Source: Thermoplasmata archaeon (lineage in GTDB: Archaea; Thermoplasmatota; SW-10-69-26; JACQPN01; JAJPHT01). From it: a stretch of 64,000 nucleotides of DNA. Of the stretch, positions 1-9,230 are shown one piece after another (position 1 is the first letter of the stretch; each line of letters opens with the position of its first letter). The notes under the pieces were generated by a model, which saw nothing but the letters and a program-made list of their open reading frames with translations, had not been told where the DNA came from and ran no database searches. A program made the translations under genes and the position numbers. The stretch lies in assembly GCA_034667685.1 (NCBI GenBank), contig JAXDQU010000034.1, positions 1 to 64,000 on the forward strand. Direction: 5' to 3'.

Positions 1-55
1 GCGAAGCGGGGCCGAAGCGAGCCCACCTTCGCGGCGGCGGAGCCAGAGGCCGCTT

Positions 56-1288
56 CTATGGCTCGCGGAGCACGACGTCGTGGCTGGGCCCCTGGGGTCC
101 GGGGTCGGACTCGACGGCGACGACGAGCTTGCCGCGCGCGTCCACGAGCGCCGTGAAGAAGTCGCCCAGCAGGCGGTCGCGCTGCGCGCCGCCGCCCGCG
201 CCCACCGGGGGCGAGACGGGGCCGACGTGGACCGCGCCGGAGAGGGCCCGCGGCGCGCCCTGCGCCGCCCCGCGCGCGTCGACCCGCGCGGCCATCGGCG
301 TCCAGCGCGCGTGGTCCGCGCCCGGCGCGTCGCCCGAGGCCAACGCCGCGGGCGCGCTCACGTAGACGATCCACGCCGTGCCGCCGCGCGCCGCGGGCCA
401 GGGCTCCAGCGCGCTCTCGCCCGTGGACGAGACGCGGACCGGCGCGCTCCACGAGCGGCCATCCGCGCTCGTGCTATCAAACACGGCGAGGCGCCCATCG
501 ACGGCCTCGCTCCACGCAACGAGCAGGCCCGCGTCGGTGGCCGCCAGCGCGGCGTACATGTTGTTGACGGGCGCGTTGCCGGCCCGCACGAGCGCCTGCG
601 TCCACGTGGCGCCCTTGTCGCGCGTCGTCGCCACGCACACGCCGTTCCCGTCGCGGCACACGTAGGGCATCGCGATCCCGCCGTTCCACGCCACGAGGTT
701 GCCGTTGGTGAGGCCCGGCTCGTGCTGCGCGTCCCATGCGTTGCCCTGCGGCAGGAACGTGAGCCCATTGTCGTCGCTGCGCGAGGCCTGGCTGACCTGC
801 GTGTTGCCCTGCACGCGCGAGACGAGGTACGCGCGCCCCGCGTCATCCACGCCCGCCCACTCGCGGTCGAAGTAATACTGGGCCGAGCCCACCGGCGAGG
901 TCTGCCACGTCTGCCCGCCGTCGCGCGACACCGACACGACGTTGCCCGTCGTGCCAAGCTGCGTCACGTAGAGCGTGCCCGGCCCCGCCGCGAGGTCCAC
1001 CTCACCGCCGCCCTGCGCGTTGACGCGCGAGACGCTGAACGACGCGCCGCGGTCGTGGCTCGCCCACACGCGCGGGCCGCCGCCTTCCGGGTCCTGCGCC
1101 GCCACCACGAGCGATCCGTCGCCCGCCTCGCGGATCACCGGCTCGGGGCCGCCCACGCCCAGGTCCGTGAGCAGGAAGGCCGGCGCCGCGCTGCCCGTGG
1201 GCGTCGTCGCGTGGCTCCCGCCTCCTCCCGTGCTGGACGCGCAGCCGGCGAGCAGAAGGACCAGGACGAGCAGCGGTGCGGTGCGCAC
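56..1288 (-). CDS. Lipoprotein, BNR/Asp-box (sialidase-like) beta-propeller
   Basis: Lipobox LLAGC; several Asp boxes (SHDRGASF, SRDGGQTW, SDDNGLTF, TRDKGATW, SADGRSW); GTG start chosen by signal peptide. Confidence 0.8.
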   Translation of the reverse strand: MRTAPLLVLVLLLAGCASSTGGGGSHATTPTGSAAPAFLLTDLGVGGPEPVIREAGDGSLVVAAQDPEGGGPRVWASHDRGASFSVSRVNAQGGGEVDLAAGPGTLYVTQLGTTGNVVSVSRDGGQTWQTSPVGSAQYYFDREWAGVDDAGRAYLVSRVQGNTQVSQASRSDDNGLTFLPQGNAWDAQHEPGLTNGNLVAWNGGIAMPYVCRDGNGVCVATTRDKGATWTQALVRAGNAPVNNMYAALAATDAGLLVAWSEAVDGRLAVFDSTSADGRSWSAPVRVSSTGESALEPWPAARGGTAWIVYVSAPAALASGDAPGADHARWTPMAARVDARGAAQGAPRALSGAVHVGPVSPPVGAGGGAQRDRLLGDFFTALVDARGKLVVAVESDPGPQGPSHDVVLREP

Positions 1289-1345
1289 GCGCCGCGCAGG
1301 GAGGCGACGGGGCATGAAGGGCGCGGGCGGCTCGGCCCGGGTTTT

Positions 1346-1421
1346 GCTTGGCCGCCAACACGCGAACACGCCAACACCCGAGCGATGGCGTGTTGGCGTG
1401 TTCGCGTGTTGGCGGCCAAGC
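1346..1421. repeat. Intergenic palindrome, family A (CCAACACG 8-mer units)
   Basis: 32-bp perfect inverted arms at 1346-1377 and 1390-1421 between divergent genes. Confidence 0.9.
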
Positions 1422-1485
1422 GAAGCGCCGATCCGAACGCCCAACCCTCGCAAGATCGATAGCCACCCTCGGGTCTGCGCGCCGC

Positions 1486-3129
1486 GTGCGCCCCGCGCTC
1501 CTCGTCCTCGCGCTGCTCGTGCTGCCGGGCTGCGCCGCGCCCGCGCGGCACGAGGCCCCGCCGCCGCAGCTCTGGCTGGTCGGGCTCGACGGACGCTGGC
1601 CCGTGCCCAAGGCGAGCCTGACGGGGCTGCTCACCGACGCCTCGTGGCCCCGGCCCGCGGGCGCCGCGCTCTTCGGCGGCGGCGTGGCCACGATGGGCGG
1701 CCGGAGCGCCGCGCTCGACTTCGCCGCGCTCGACGAAGGCGCCGCGCGCGCCGTCGACCCCAACGGCACGCTCGACCCGCCGGCCCCGGGCGAGGTCGCG
1801 CTGGAGGAGGGCTGGGCGCGCGAGCACGGGCTGGGCGTCGGCGATGCGCTGCGCCTGCGCGTCTCGGCCTTCCCGCGGCCGCTCGTCACCGCGGCCTACG
1901 AGATGGAGCGCATCCGCGCCTGCGGCAAGCTCGACGCGCCGATCTGCTTCGCGCCGGGCGCGTCCAACCAGACGACGCTGCGCATCGCGGTCCCGCCCGA
2001 CTCGCGCGACCTCGGCCTCCTGCCCGAAGGCGTGGAGCTCGGCCCCAACGCGCTCCCCGCCTGGTGGAACGGCACGATCGACGGCCCGGGCGGCGAGCAC
2101 CTGGACTTCCACGCGGCGCTCGACGCGCAGGGCCACGTCACGCCCGGCCAGATCGCGGGGCCCGTCGCGCCGGGCAACTGGACCGTCGCGTTCCGCCTGG
2201 AGAGCGCGCGCGCCGCGATCAATGGCGGAGCCGCGGGCATCGTGCGCCTCCGCGAGCCCGGCTACGGGTGGTTCGACGACCGCCTGGCGGCCGATCCCGA
2301 AGGCGCCAACCAGACGCGCACGCTGCTGTCCTGGGGCGAGGACCACGCGCTGGACCTCCGCGTCGCGCGCCTCGTCGACCGCCCGATCCCCGCGGCGGAG
2401 GCGCTGCTATCACCGGCGGACGCGCGCGCGCTCCTGGGGGCGCGGCCGGGCGAGGCCACCGCGCTCGTGGTGAACGCCTCCATCACGGGCCTCGCCGCCC
2501 TCTCCGACGCGCGCAACGCCACGAGCGACGCGGCCGCCGCCGCCACGCGCGCCCGGCCGCTCCCCGACGGGCCCGGGCCGGCCGATCCGCAAGGCGGCGC
2601 GCTCCTCTTCCGCGCGCCCCTCGACGTGGACCTCGCGGGCCTGCCGCGCGTCGCCGGCGCGGGAACGCCCAGCCTCGCCGTCGCGCTGGAGACGCCCGTG
2701 GGCGAGAACGCGTCCGTCGAGGGGCGCGGCATCCCCGCGCTCCGCGTGCTCGCGTTCGGCGGGCCCGGCGCGCCCCCCTTCCGCATGCCGGCCGACGCGC
2801 GCTGGCCCACGACGCAGGCCGCGCTGGAGAACGTCACGCGCTCGCGAACGCTCGTCCTCGCCACGCCCGACTGGTCGCCCGGCGGCATCCAGGCCTCGCG
2901 CCTCGTGCTGGGCGACTCGCGCGTGGGCCGCGTCACCGTCGCGGTCACGTCGGTCGAGGGCGGTCCGGCCGCCGTCGCGTGGGCGAGCCCCTCGCTCATC
3001 GCCGGCGCGGGCAAGCCGCTGGGCGCCGTGGTCCTGCTCCCGCTCCTTCCAGGCGCGGACGCGGGCGAGGTCGCGGCGCGGGCGCAGGCGGCGTGGGGCG
3101 CGAGGGGATTGGCGATCGACGAACCTTGA
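1486..3129 (+). CDS. Lipoprotein with MacB-type extracytoplasmic-core-like segments
   Basis: Lipobox LPGC; GEVALEEGWAREHGLGVGDALRL and LLSPADARALLG resemble the MacB/FtsX periplasmic core; no C-terminal TM helices. Confidence 0.55.
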   Translation: MRPALLVLALLVLPGCAAPARHEAPPPQLWLVGLDGRWPVPKASLTGLLTDASWPRPAGAALFGGGVATMGGRSAALDFAALDEGAARAVDPNGTLDPPAPGEVALEEGWAREHGLGVGDALRLRVSAFPRPLVTAAYEMERIRACGKLDAPICFAPGASNQTTLRIAVPPDSRDLGLLPEGVELGPNALPAWWNGTIDGPGGEHLDFHAALDAQGHVTPGQIAGPVAPGNWTVAFRLESARAAINGGAAGIVRLREPGYGWFDDRLAADPEGANQTRTLLSWGEDHALDLRVARLVDRPIPAAEALLSPADARALLGARPGEATALVVNASITGLAALSDARNATSDAAAAATRARPLPDGPGPADPQGGALLFRAPLDVDLAGLPRVAGAGTPSLAVALETPVGENASVEGRGIPALRVLAFGGPGAPPFRMPADARWPTTQAALENVTRSRTLVLATPDWSPGGIQASRLVLGDSRVGRVTVAVTSVEGGPAAVAWASPSLIAGAGKPLGAVVLLPLLPGADAGEVAARAQAAWGARGLAIDEP

Positions 3130-3156
3130 TGCGGCGGACGCCCCCATCCTGCGCCG

Positions 3157-3621
3157 ATGGTGGACGCGACCCTCGTCGGCTATGGCCTCGTCTCGCTGGG
3201 CGTGGTCATGTTCATCCTCGAGGCGCTCGTGCCGGGCTTCTTCCTGGCCGTGCCCGCGACGATCCTCGTGATCCTGGGCGCCTTCGCGCTCCTCGCGCCC
3301 GACTTCAACCTCTTCGCGCAGTACGCGCCCTTCGTCGCGATCGTCGCGGGCGTCCCCGCCACGGCGGTCACGATCTACCTCTACCGGCGCCTCGCGCCGC
3401 CCACGCACGGGCCCACGACGCGCAGCGGCGACTCGATGGTCGGGCTCGAAGGGCTCGTGACCGTGCCCGTGACGCACGACGCGCCGCGCGGCAAGGTGAA
3501 GATCCACCAGGAGACGTGGAGCGCCATCACGCGCGGGCCCGACATCGCGCCCAAGACCAGGGTGCGCGTCGCCGCGGTCGAGGGCATCATCCTCGTCGTG
3601 GAGCCGGTGCACCACGCCTGA
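3157..3621 (+). CDS. nfeD: NfeD-family membrane protein (short form, C-terminal OB fold)
   Basis: Three TM segments, ILEALVPGFF, GKVKIHQETWSA, VRVAAVEGIILVVEP; directly upstream of an SPFH gene. Confidence 0.85.
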   Translation: MVDATLVGYGLVSLGVVMFILEALVPGFFLAVPATILVILGAFALLAPDFNLFAQYAPFVAIVAGVPATAVTIYLYRRLAPPTHGPTTRSGDSMVGLEGLVTVPVTHDAPRGKVKIHQETWSAITRGPDIAPKTRVRVAAVEGIILVVEPVHHA

Positions 3622-3632
3622 TATCACATTGC

Positions 3633-3722
3633 TGGGCTCTGGGCTCAGGACTCTGGACTCAGGGCTCTCCGGGTGCAAGGCAAGCGGGAGCCCTGAGTCC
3701 AGAGTCCTGAGCCCAGAGCCCC
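3633..3722. repeat. Intergenic palindrome, family B (7-mer units CTCTGGR/CTCAGGR)
   Basis: GGGCTCTGGGCTCAGGACTCTGGACTCAGGGCTC ... GAGCCCTGAGTCCAGAGTCCTGAGCCCAGAGCCC inverted arms. Confidence 0.85.
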
Positions 3723-3789
3723 AAGGCCAGGGGCGGGAACCTTCGGGCGCAGCCTGATACGCTCCCGCGCGGATGACGCCGCGACCTCC

Positions 3790-4881
3790 ATGGCCGACCC
3801 GATCTTCGCGGTGCTCGCCGTCCTCATCGTCGTGGCGTTCCTGGTGCTCGCGCTCAGCGGCATCCGCATCGTGCAGCCCTGGGAGCAGGGGCTCTGGATC
3901 GTGCTGGGCAAGTTCCGCGGCAAGCTGAACCCGGGCTTCAACTGGGTCTACCCGCTCGTCTCGCAGGTGGTGAAGCTCGACCTGCGCACGCAGGTGCTCG
4001 AAGTGCCGCGCCAGGAGGTCATCACCAAGGACAACTCGCCCACCAACGTGGACGCCATCGTCTACCTGCGCGTGCTGACGCCCGACAAGGCGTTCTTCGA
4101 GGTGACGGACTACCGCCACGCGACGATCGCGCTCGCGCAGACGACGCTGCGTAGCATCATCGGCGACATGGACCTCGACGAGGTGCTCTACAACCGCGAG
4201 CGCATCAACACGCGCCTTCGTGACATCTTGGACGAAGCGACCTCGAACTGGGGCGTCAAGGTCGAGAGCGTCGAGATCCGCGAGGTCGATCCGGTCGGCC
4301 GCGTCAAGCAGGCCATGGAGGAGCAGACCTCCGCCGAGCGTGAGCGGCGCGCCGCGATCCTTCGCGCGGACGGCGAGAAGCGCGCCAAGATCCTCACCGC
4401 GGAAGGCGAGAAGCGCAGCCGCATCCTCCAAGCCGAAGGCGTGCGCCAGGCCAAGGTGCTCGAGGCCGAAGGCACGCGCGTCGCGCAGATCCTCGAGCGG
4501 CAAGGCGAGGCGCAGGGCCTCCGCATCCTCGCGCTGGGCGGCGCCACGCTCGACCAGAAGAGCCTCACCGTGCTATCATTGGACGCGTTGAAGACGCTGG
4601 GCGAGGGCCAGGCCACGAAGATCGTGCTCCCCTTCGAGGTCACGACGCTGCTGAAGAGCGCCAGCGAGTTCGTGAAGGGCGGCGCGCAGGAGCCGCCGCA
4701 CCAGCCCAGCGACGTGCGGCAGCTCGAGACCATCATCGGCGAGGCCGACAAGGTGCTCGGCCGCATCCCGAGCCCCGACGAATTGACCAAGGAGCTCTCC
4801 GTCATCGAGAAGGAATTGGAGGACGAGACGAAGAGCGCCGAGGAGCTGGCGAACAGCAAGGGAAAGCCGACCGGCGCGTGA
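3790..4881 (+). CDS. SPFH/band 7 (stomatin/QmcA-like) protein
   Basis: N-terminal TM, QEVITKDN, AQTTLRSIIG, WGVKVESVEI, AERERRA coiled-coil repeats. Confidence 0.92.
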   Translation: MADPIFAVLAVLIVVAFLVLALSGIRIVQPWEQGLWIVLGKFRGKLNPGFNWVYPLVSQVVKLDLRTQVLEVPRQEVITKDNSPTNVDAIVYLRVLTPDKAFFEVTDYRHATIALAQTTLRSIIGDMDLDEVLYNRERINTRLRDILDEATSNWGVKVESVEIREVDPVGRVKQAMEEQTSAERERRAAILRADGEKRAKILTAEGEKRSRILQAEGVRQAKVLEAEGTRVAQILERQGEAQGLRILALGGATLDQKSLTVLSLDALKTLGEGQATKIVLPFEVTTLLKSASEFVKGGAQEPPHQPSDVRQLETIIGEADKVLGRIPSPDELTKELSVIEKELEDETKSAEELANSKGKPTGA

Positions 4882-4904
4882 GGCTCCCACGATCGTCTGC
4901 CGGC

Positions 4905-4974
4905 CGCTCCTTTCCCGACACCGAGAATCCCGGAATCCGCGGATGTCTCGGATTCGCGGTGTTGGGAAAGGAGC
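4905..4974. repeat. Intergenic imperfect palindrome (GAATCCSG units)
   Basis: GCTCCTTTCCCGACACCG ... CGGTGTTGGGAAAGGAGC inverted arms. Confidence 0.75.
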
Positions 4975-5050
4975 GCCACGAGGACGAGCATGGGCCTGCG
5001 AGCGAGCCGTCGACGATGCCCGGCCGGCTGGCGCACCGCGTATCGCAAAG

Positions 5051-5057
5051 CCTTATC
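5051..5057 (+). promoter_or_regulatory. Archaeal TATA-like box (CCTTATC) for artA
   Basis: About 26-32 nt before the ATG at 5083; similar YTTATC boxes precede psd (6021), the S8 gene (22985), the ABC ATPase, pyrB and the Mrr-type gene. Confidence 0.5.
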
Positions 5058-5082
5058 TGGAGCGCCGCGTGCTGCGAATCCG

Positions 5083-6018
5083 ATGGGCCTGGGATTCCTG
5101 GATTCCAACGTGGTCCAAGGCATCCTGCTCGCCGACGTGTGGGCGGGCATCGTGCTCCTCTTCGCGGGCTACTTCGTGAAGGGGCCGCGCAGCCAGCTCC
5201 TGCGCATCGCGGGCTGGATCGTCTTCGCGCTCTACTGGCCCTTCCAGGCGCCCCACTTCTTCTGGGGCGACGAGCCCGACCCGATCAACGGCTGGTTCAC
5301 GCTCGCGGGCCCGCTCTTCCTGCTCTGGATCGCGTACCACGAGTGGAAGTCGTACAAGTGGGGCGAGGACCCCGCCGCGCTGCGCTGGTTCGCCGGCGCC
5401 TCGGCCGTCAGCGCCGCGACGTACTTCGTCATCTTCCAGATCCCCGGCGTGCAGCTCTGGATCATGAAGAGCACCGCCGAGCAGAGCGCCTGGCTCTACA
5501 ACGTCCTCTTCAGCCACGCCAGCGGCCACACGGCCTACGTGCCCGCCGACAGCCTGACCGCCGACGGCTATGATATCAGGCTCACGGACTCCAGCGATCC
5601 CTACGCCGTCACCGTCGTGCTCGCGTGCACCGCCGTCCAGAGCATGATGATCTTCGTGGGCGCCATCGCGTGCCTCGTCGCGTCGCGCCGCCGCAAGTGG
5701 GGCGCGTACCTGATGACGGTCCCCACGATCTACTTCCTCAACCTCTTCCGCAACGCGGGCATCGTCTACGGCTACCACGACCTCCAGTGGTCGATGTTCG
5801 GGCTGGAGCCCTTCGAGTGGATGCACAGCTACGTGGGCAAGATCGGCTCGCTGCTCGCGCTGATCGTCATCGCGCTGGGCGTCTTCACGACACTGCCCGA
5901 GCTGCACAGCAACATCCTCGACCTGTTCGACCTGAGGAAGCGCCGCGCGCCCGGCTTCTTCAAGCAGCCGCCGCCCAAGGAGCCCACGAGCGCGCCCGCG
6001 CCCGAGTCCTCCTCCTAA
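5083..6018 (+). CDS. artA: Archaeosortase A
   Basis: Multi-TM; catalytic-type motifs VVLACTAVQSM (Cys), LNLFRN (Arg), MHSYVGKIGSL, TLPEL. Confidence 0.85.
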   Translation: MGLGFLDSNVVQGILLADVWAGIVLLFAGYFVKGPRSQLLRIAGWIVFALYWPFQAPHFFWGDEPDPINGWFTLAGPLFLLWIAYHEWKSYKWGEDPAALRWFAGASAVSAATYFVIFQIPGVQLWIMKSTAEQSAWLYNVLFSHASGHTAYVPADSLTADGYDIRLTDSSDPYAVTVVLACTAVQSMMIFVGAIACLVASRRRKWGAYLMTVPTIYFLNLFRNAGIVYGYHDLQWSMFGLEPFEWMHSYVGKIGSLLALIVIALGVFTTLPELHSNILDLFDLRKRRAPGFFKQPPPKEPTSAPAPESSS

Positions 6019-6051
6019 AGCTTATCCGCCCGGCCTCGCGTCGTCGCCGCG

Positions 6052-6669
6052 ATGGCCTTCCGGCTCGCGCGCGGCACCTCGACGTGGTTCTTCGTCGCGT
6101 GGGGCCTCGCGCTGCTGCTCGCCGCGCTCACGGTCTGGGTCTCCGGCTGGTTCCTCGTCCCCTTCGCGCCGGCCTTCGCGCTGGCGATCCTCATGCTGAA
6201 CTTCTTCCGCGACCCCGAGCGCGCCGCGGGCGCGGGCCTCGTGGCGCCGGCGGATGGCGTCGTGCAGAGCATCGACGAGTGGGAGGACGGCCGCACGCGC
6301 GTGGCCATCTTCATGAATCCGTTCAACGTGCACGTCAACCGCGCGCCGCTCGACGCCGTCGTGGGCTCGGTGGAGCACGTCGCGGGCGGCTTCGTGCCCG
6401 CCTTCGACAAGGAGAGCGAGCGCAACGAGCGCGTCGTGTGGCACTTCGAGACGGCCGCGGGCGACGTCGAGGTCATCCAGATCGCGGGCGCCGTCGCGCG
6501 CCGCATCGTGCCCTACCTCGCCAAGGGCGACAAGGTCCGCAAGGGCGAGCGCTTCGGCATGATCCGCCTGGGCTCGCGCGTCGACACCTTCCTCCCGCCG
6601 GGCGTGGCCCCCGCGGTGAAGCTCGGCGAGATCACGGTCGCGGGGGAGACGACGCTTGCCCGGCTCTGA
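6052..6669 (+). CDS. psd: Phosphatidylserine/archaetidylserine decarboxylase
   Basis: FFRDPER, APADG, IFMNPFNVHVNRAP, QIAGAVARRI, self-cleavage motif GMIRLGSRVD. Confidence 0.93.
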   Translation: MAFRLARGTSTWFFVAWGLALLLAALTVWVSGWFLVPFAPAFALAILMLNFFRDPERAAGAGLVAPADGVVQSIDEWEDGRTRVAIFMNPFNVHVNRAPLDAVVGSVEHVAGGFVPAFDKESERNERVVWHFETAAGDVEVIQIAGAVARRIVPYLAKGDKVRKGERFGMIRLGSRVDTFLPPGVAPAVKLGEITVAGETTLARL

Positions 6670-7567
6670 GCGCCCCGAGCGCCGCCTGCGCCGCGCGAAG
6701 AACCTGCCGCGCCTGCCCGCCCTGCGCGTGCGCGTGCACCCGCGCGTGCGCCGCTTCGGCCACGCCATCCGCGGCCGCATCCCGCGCCTGCCGCAGATCC
6801 GCAGCGTGATCTCGCCCGCCGACGTGCTCACGCTGGGCAACGGCATGGCGGGCTTCCTCGCCATCGCGGTCGTCACGCAGGTCGTGAACCTCTACGAGAA
6901 GCCGTTCTTCCCGAACCTCACGCACACGTTCCCGGGCCTCGCGGGCGACAACGACCGCTTCCTGCTCGCCTCGATCCTCATCGCGATCGGCCTGGTCTGC
7001 GATGCGCTGGACGGCATCGTCGCGCGGCGCTTCGGCGGCTCGCGGCTGGGCGCGGACCTGGACACGCTCTCCGACACGATCACGTTCGTCGTCACGCCCG
7101 CGTTCATGGTCTTCGCCAAATACGGCGCCGGGCCGCAGGGGCATGTCTACTCCGCGCTCCTGGCCGCGGGCCTCGTGCTCATCATGGGGATGCTGCGCCT
7201 GGCGCGCTTCAACAGCAACCCGACCGAGAGCGGCACCACCACGTTCCAGGGGCTCCCGACGCCCTGGTGCGCGATCACCATCGCGCTCCTCATCATGGTG
7301 GGCGTCGCCTACCAGCTCGCGCTCCCCATCGTCGTCGTGCTCGCGTTCCTCATGATGAGCAACGTCGCGTACCCGAAGAGCCGCGGCAAGGCGACCGCGC
7401 TCGCGCTGGTCATGGTGCTCGTGGCGCTCGTGACCATCGGCGTGATCCTCTTCTTCCCGGAAGGGCAGCCCGGCGTGCTGGGCGGCGCGTTCACGCTCGT
7501 CATGCTCGCCGTGTGCACGCTCCCCTTCTTCCTGGCCCGGGCGCGGCGGCTGCGGCGGGCGCCCTGA
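6656..7567 (+). CDS. pssA: CDP-alcohol phosphatidyltransferase (phosphatidylserine/archaetidylserine synthase)
   Basis: DALDGIVAR..GADLDTLSD signature, LRLARFN, FQGLPTP; overlaps psd; start uncertain (Arg-rich N-terminal extension). Confidence 0.88.
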   Translation: MPGSERPERRLRRAKNLPRLPALRVRVHPRVRRFGHAIRGRIPRLPQIRSVISPADVLTLGNGMAGFLAIAVVTQVVNLYEKPFFPNLTHTFPGLAGDNDRFLLASILIAIGLVCDALDGIVARRFGGSRLGADLDTLSDTITFVVTPAFMVFAKYGAGPQGHVYSALLAAGLVLIMGMLRLARFNSNPTESGTTTFQGLPTPWCAITIALLIMVGVAYQLALPIVVVLAFLMMSNVAYPKSRGKATALALVMVLVALVTIGVILFFPEGQPGVLGGAFTLVMLAVCTLPFFLARARRLRRAP

Positions 7568-7612
7568 CGGCAAAGACAATCCTTAAGCGCGCTCGCCCGC
7601 GTCGGAATCGCA

Positions 7613-7996
7613 TTGGCCGGCGCCGAGGGAATCCGCATCCTCCTGGTGGATGACAACCTCGACCACGCGCAGCTCGCGCTCCGCGCCCTCCGCGCCGAGG
7701 CGCGCGTCGAGACGGCCCGGCTGGGCGCCGAGGCGCTGGAGCGCGCGGCCGAGGAGCCCTTCGACCTCGTGCTGCTGGACTACCGCCTCCCCGACATGAC
7801 GGGGCTCGACGTGCTCGCCAAGCTGCGCGAGCGCCCCGACCCGCCCGCGGTGATCCTCATGAGCGCGCAGGGCTCCGAGGAGGTCGCGATCCAGGCGCTC
7901 AAGGCGGGCGCCGCCGGCTACGTCGTCAAGAACGCGGACTTCGGCAAGCGCCTCCTCTACGAGGTGCGCGAGTGGATGGTCCATGAAAGTCGATGA
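7613..7996 (+). CDS. Stand-alone response regulator receiver
   Basis: ILLVDDN, DLVLLDYRLPDMTG (phospho-Asp), ILMSA, GYVVK. Confidence 0.9.
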   Translation: MAGAEGIRILLVDDNLDHAQLALRALRAEARVETARLGAEALERAAEEPFDLVLLDYRLPDMTGLDVLAKLRERPDPPAVILMSAQGSEEVAIQALKAGAAGYVVKNADFGKRLLYEVREWMVHESR

Positions 7997-9230
7997 CGTG
8001 GTGGCGCGCCTCACGGCGTGTGGCCTCGGCGAGAAGGAGGCGCGCGCGCTGGCGCACCTCACGCGCCTGGGCACGAGCAAGGTCACCGACCTCGCGAAGG
8101 CGTCCGGCCTCAAGCGCGCCGAGACCTACCAGATCCTCGAACGGCTGCAGGGGCGCGGCCTCGTCGAAGGAACGCTATCACGCCCGCGGAATTTCACCGC
8201 GGTCACCGCCGAGCGCGCCGTCGCCATCCTCGTCGAGGAGCGCGCCGCGCAGCTCAAGGCCGTCGAGGGGATGAAGGAGGACCTGCAGGAGCGCCTCGGC
8301 CGCCTCGCCGGCGCGCCGGCCGCCACCGAGGCCAAGGGCGAGAGCTTCCGCATCCTGCACGACCGCAACCAGATCAACGGCCAATTGGGCCGCACGCTGC
8401 GCGCCGCGCAGAAGGAGATCTGCGTCGTCGCGTCGAGCCGCAGCCTCTTCCGCCTCCTCCTCGACGAAGGGCTGGAGGGCGAGTTCCTCGCGGCGCGCAA
8501 GCGCGACGTCGAGATCCGCATCATGACCGAGGTGCTGCCCGGCGCCGAGGAGGTCGTCCTCAGGATGGAGGGCTTCGCGCAGGTGCGCCACATGATGGTG
8601 CCCCGGCCGCTGCGCTTCCTCATCGCCGACGAGCGCGAGATCGTGCAGTACGTCACCGCCGACCCGCTCGTCGCCGGCAGCAAGGAGACCGCGCTCTGGA
8701 TCGGCGCGCGCGACCACGTCCAGGCGCAGCGCGCGTTCTTCGACGACCTCTGGAGCCTCGCCATGAGCGCCGACGCGCGCCGCGAGGAACTGGAGAGCGG
8801 CCGCGCCAGCGAGCAGGTGCAGGTCGTCAAGGGACGGCTCACGCGTTACGAGAAGGAGAAGGAGATGATCCTGCGCGCGACCCGCGAGGTCTGCCTCGTG
8901 CTATCGTCCGGAGACGCCGCGCGCCTGGAGAAGAGCGGCATCGCGCGCGCCCTCGCCTCGCGCATCCGCGAAGGCGTCCGCGTCCGCGTCCTCACGCCCG
9001 AGGGCTCCAGCGTCGCGATCCCGGGCGCGCAGACGCGCATGACCCGCGAGTCGCAGCCGCGCACGCTCGTGGACGCCTCCGAGGTCCTCTTCGTCTTCAC
9101 CGGCAAGGGCGCCACCGACGAGGTCACCGACCCCGCGGAGTACGGCGTCTGGGTCTCGCTGGGCCCTTCCGTCGAGCTGCTCCAGCGCGTCTTCGAGACG
9201 CAGTGGCGCGAGGCGAGCGAGGCGCGATGA
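7983..9230 (+). CDS. TrmB-family transcriptional regulator with duplicated C-terminal domains
   Basis: N-terminal wHTH (DLAKASGLKRAETYQILERLQGRGLV), coiled coil, two repeated modules ending FFDDLW and VFETQW. Confidence 0.82.
   Translation: MKVDDVVARLTACGLGEKEARALAHLTRLGTSKVTDLAKASGLKRAETYQILERLQGRGLVEGTLSRPRNFTAVTAERAVAILVEERAAQLKAVEGMKEDLQERLGRLAGAPAATEAKGESFRILHDRNQINGQLGRTLRAAQKEICVVASSRSLFRLLLDEGLEGEFLAARKRDVEIRIMTEVLPGAEEVVLRMEGFAQVRHMMVPRPLRFLIADEREIVQYVTADPLVAGSKETALWIGARDHVQAQRAFFDDLWSLAMSADARREELESGRASEQVQVVKGRLTRYEKEKEMILRATREVCLVLSSGDAARLEKSGIARALASRIREGVRVRVLTPEGSSVAIPGAQTRMTRESQPRTLVDASEVLFVFTGKGATDEVTDPAEYGVWVSLGPSVELLQRVFETQWREASEAR

Noticed and set aside
1346-1421. Palindromes as IS/MITE terminal inverted repeats of an autonomous element
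   Set aside because: No transposase, integrase or clear target-site duplication was seen in the window; reported as REP-like repeats instead.
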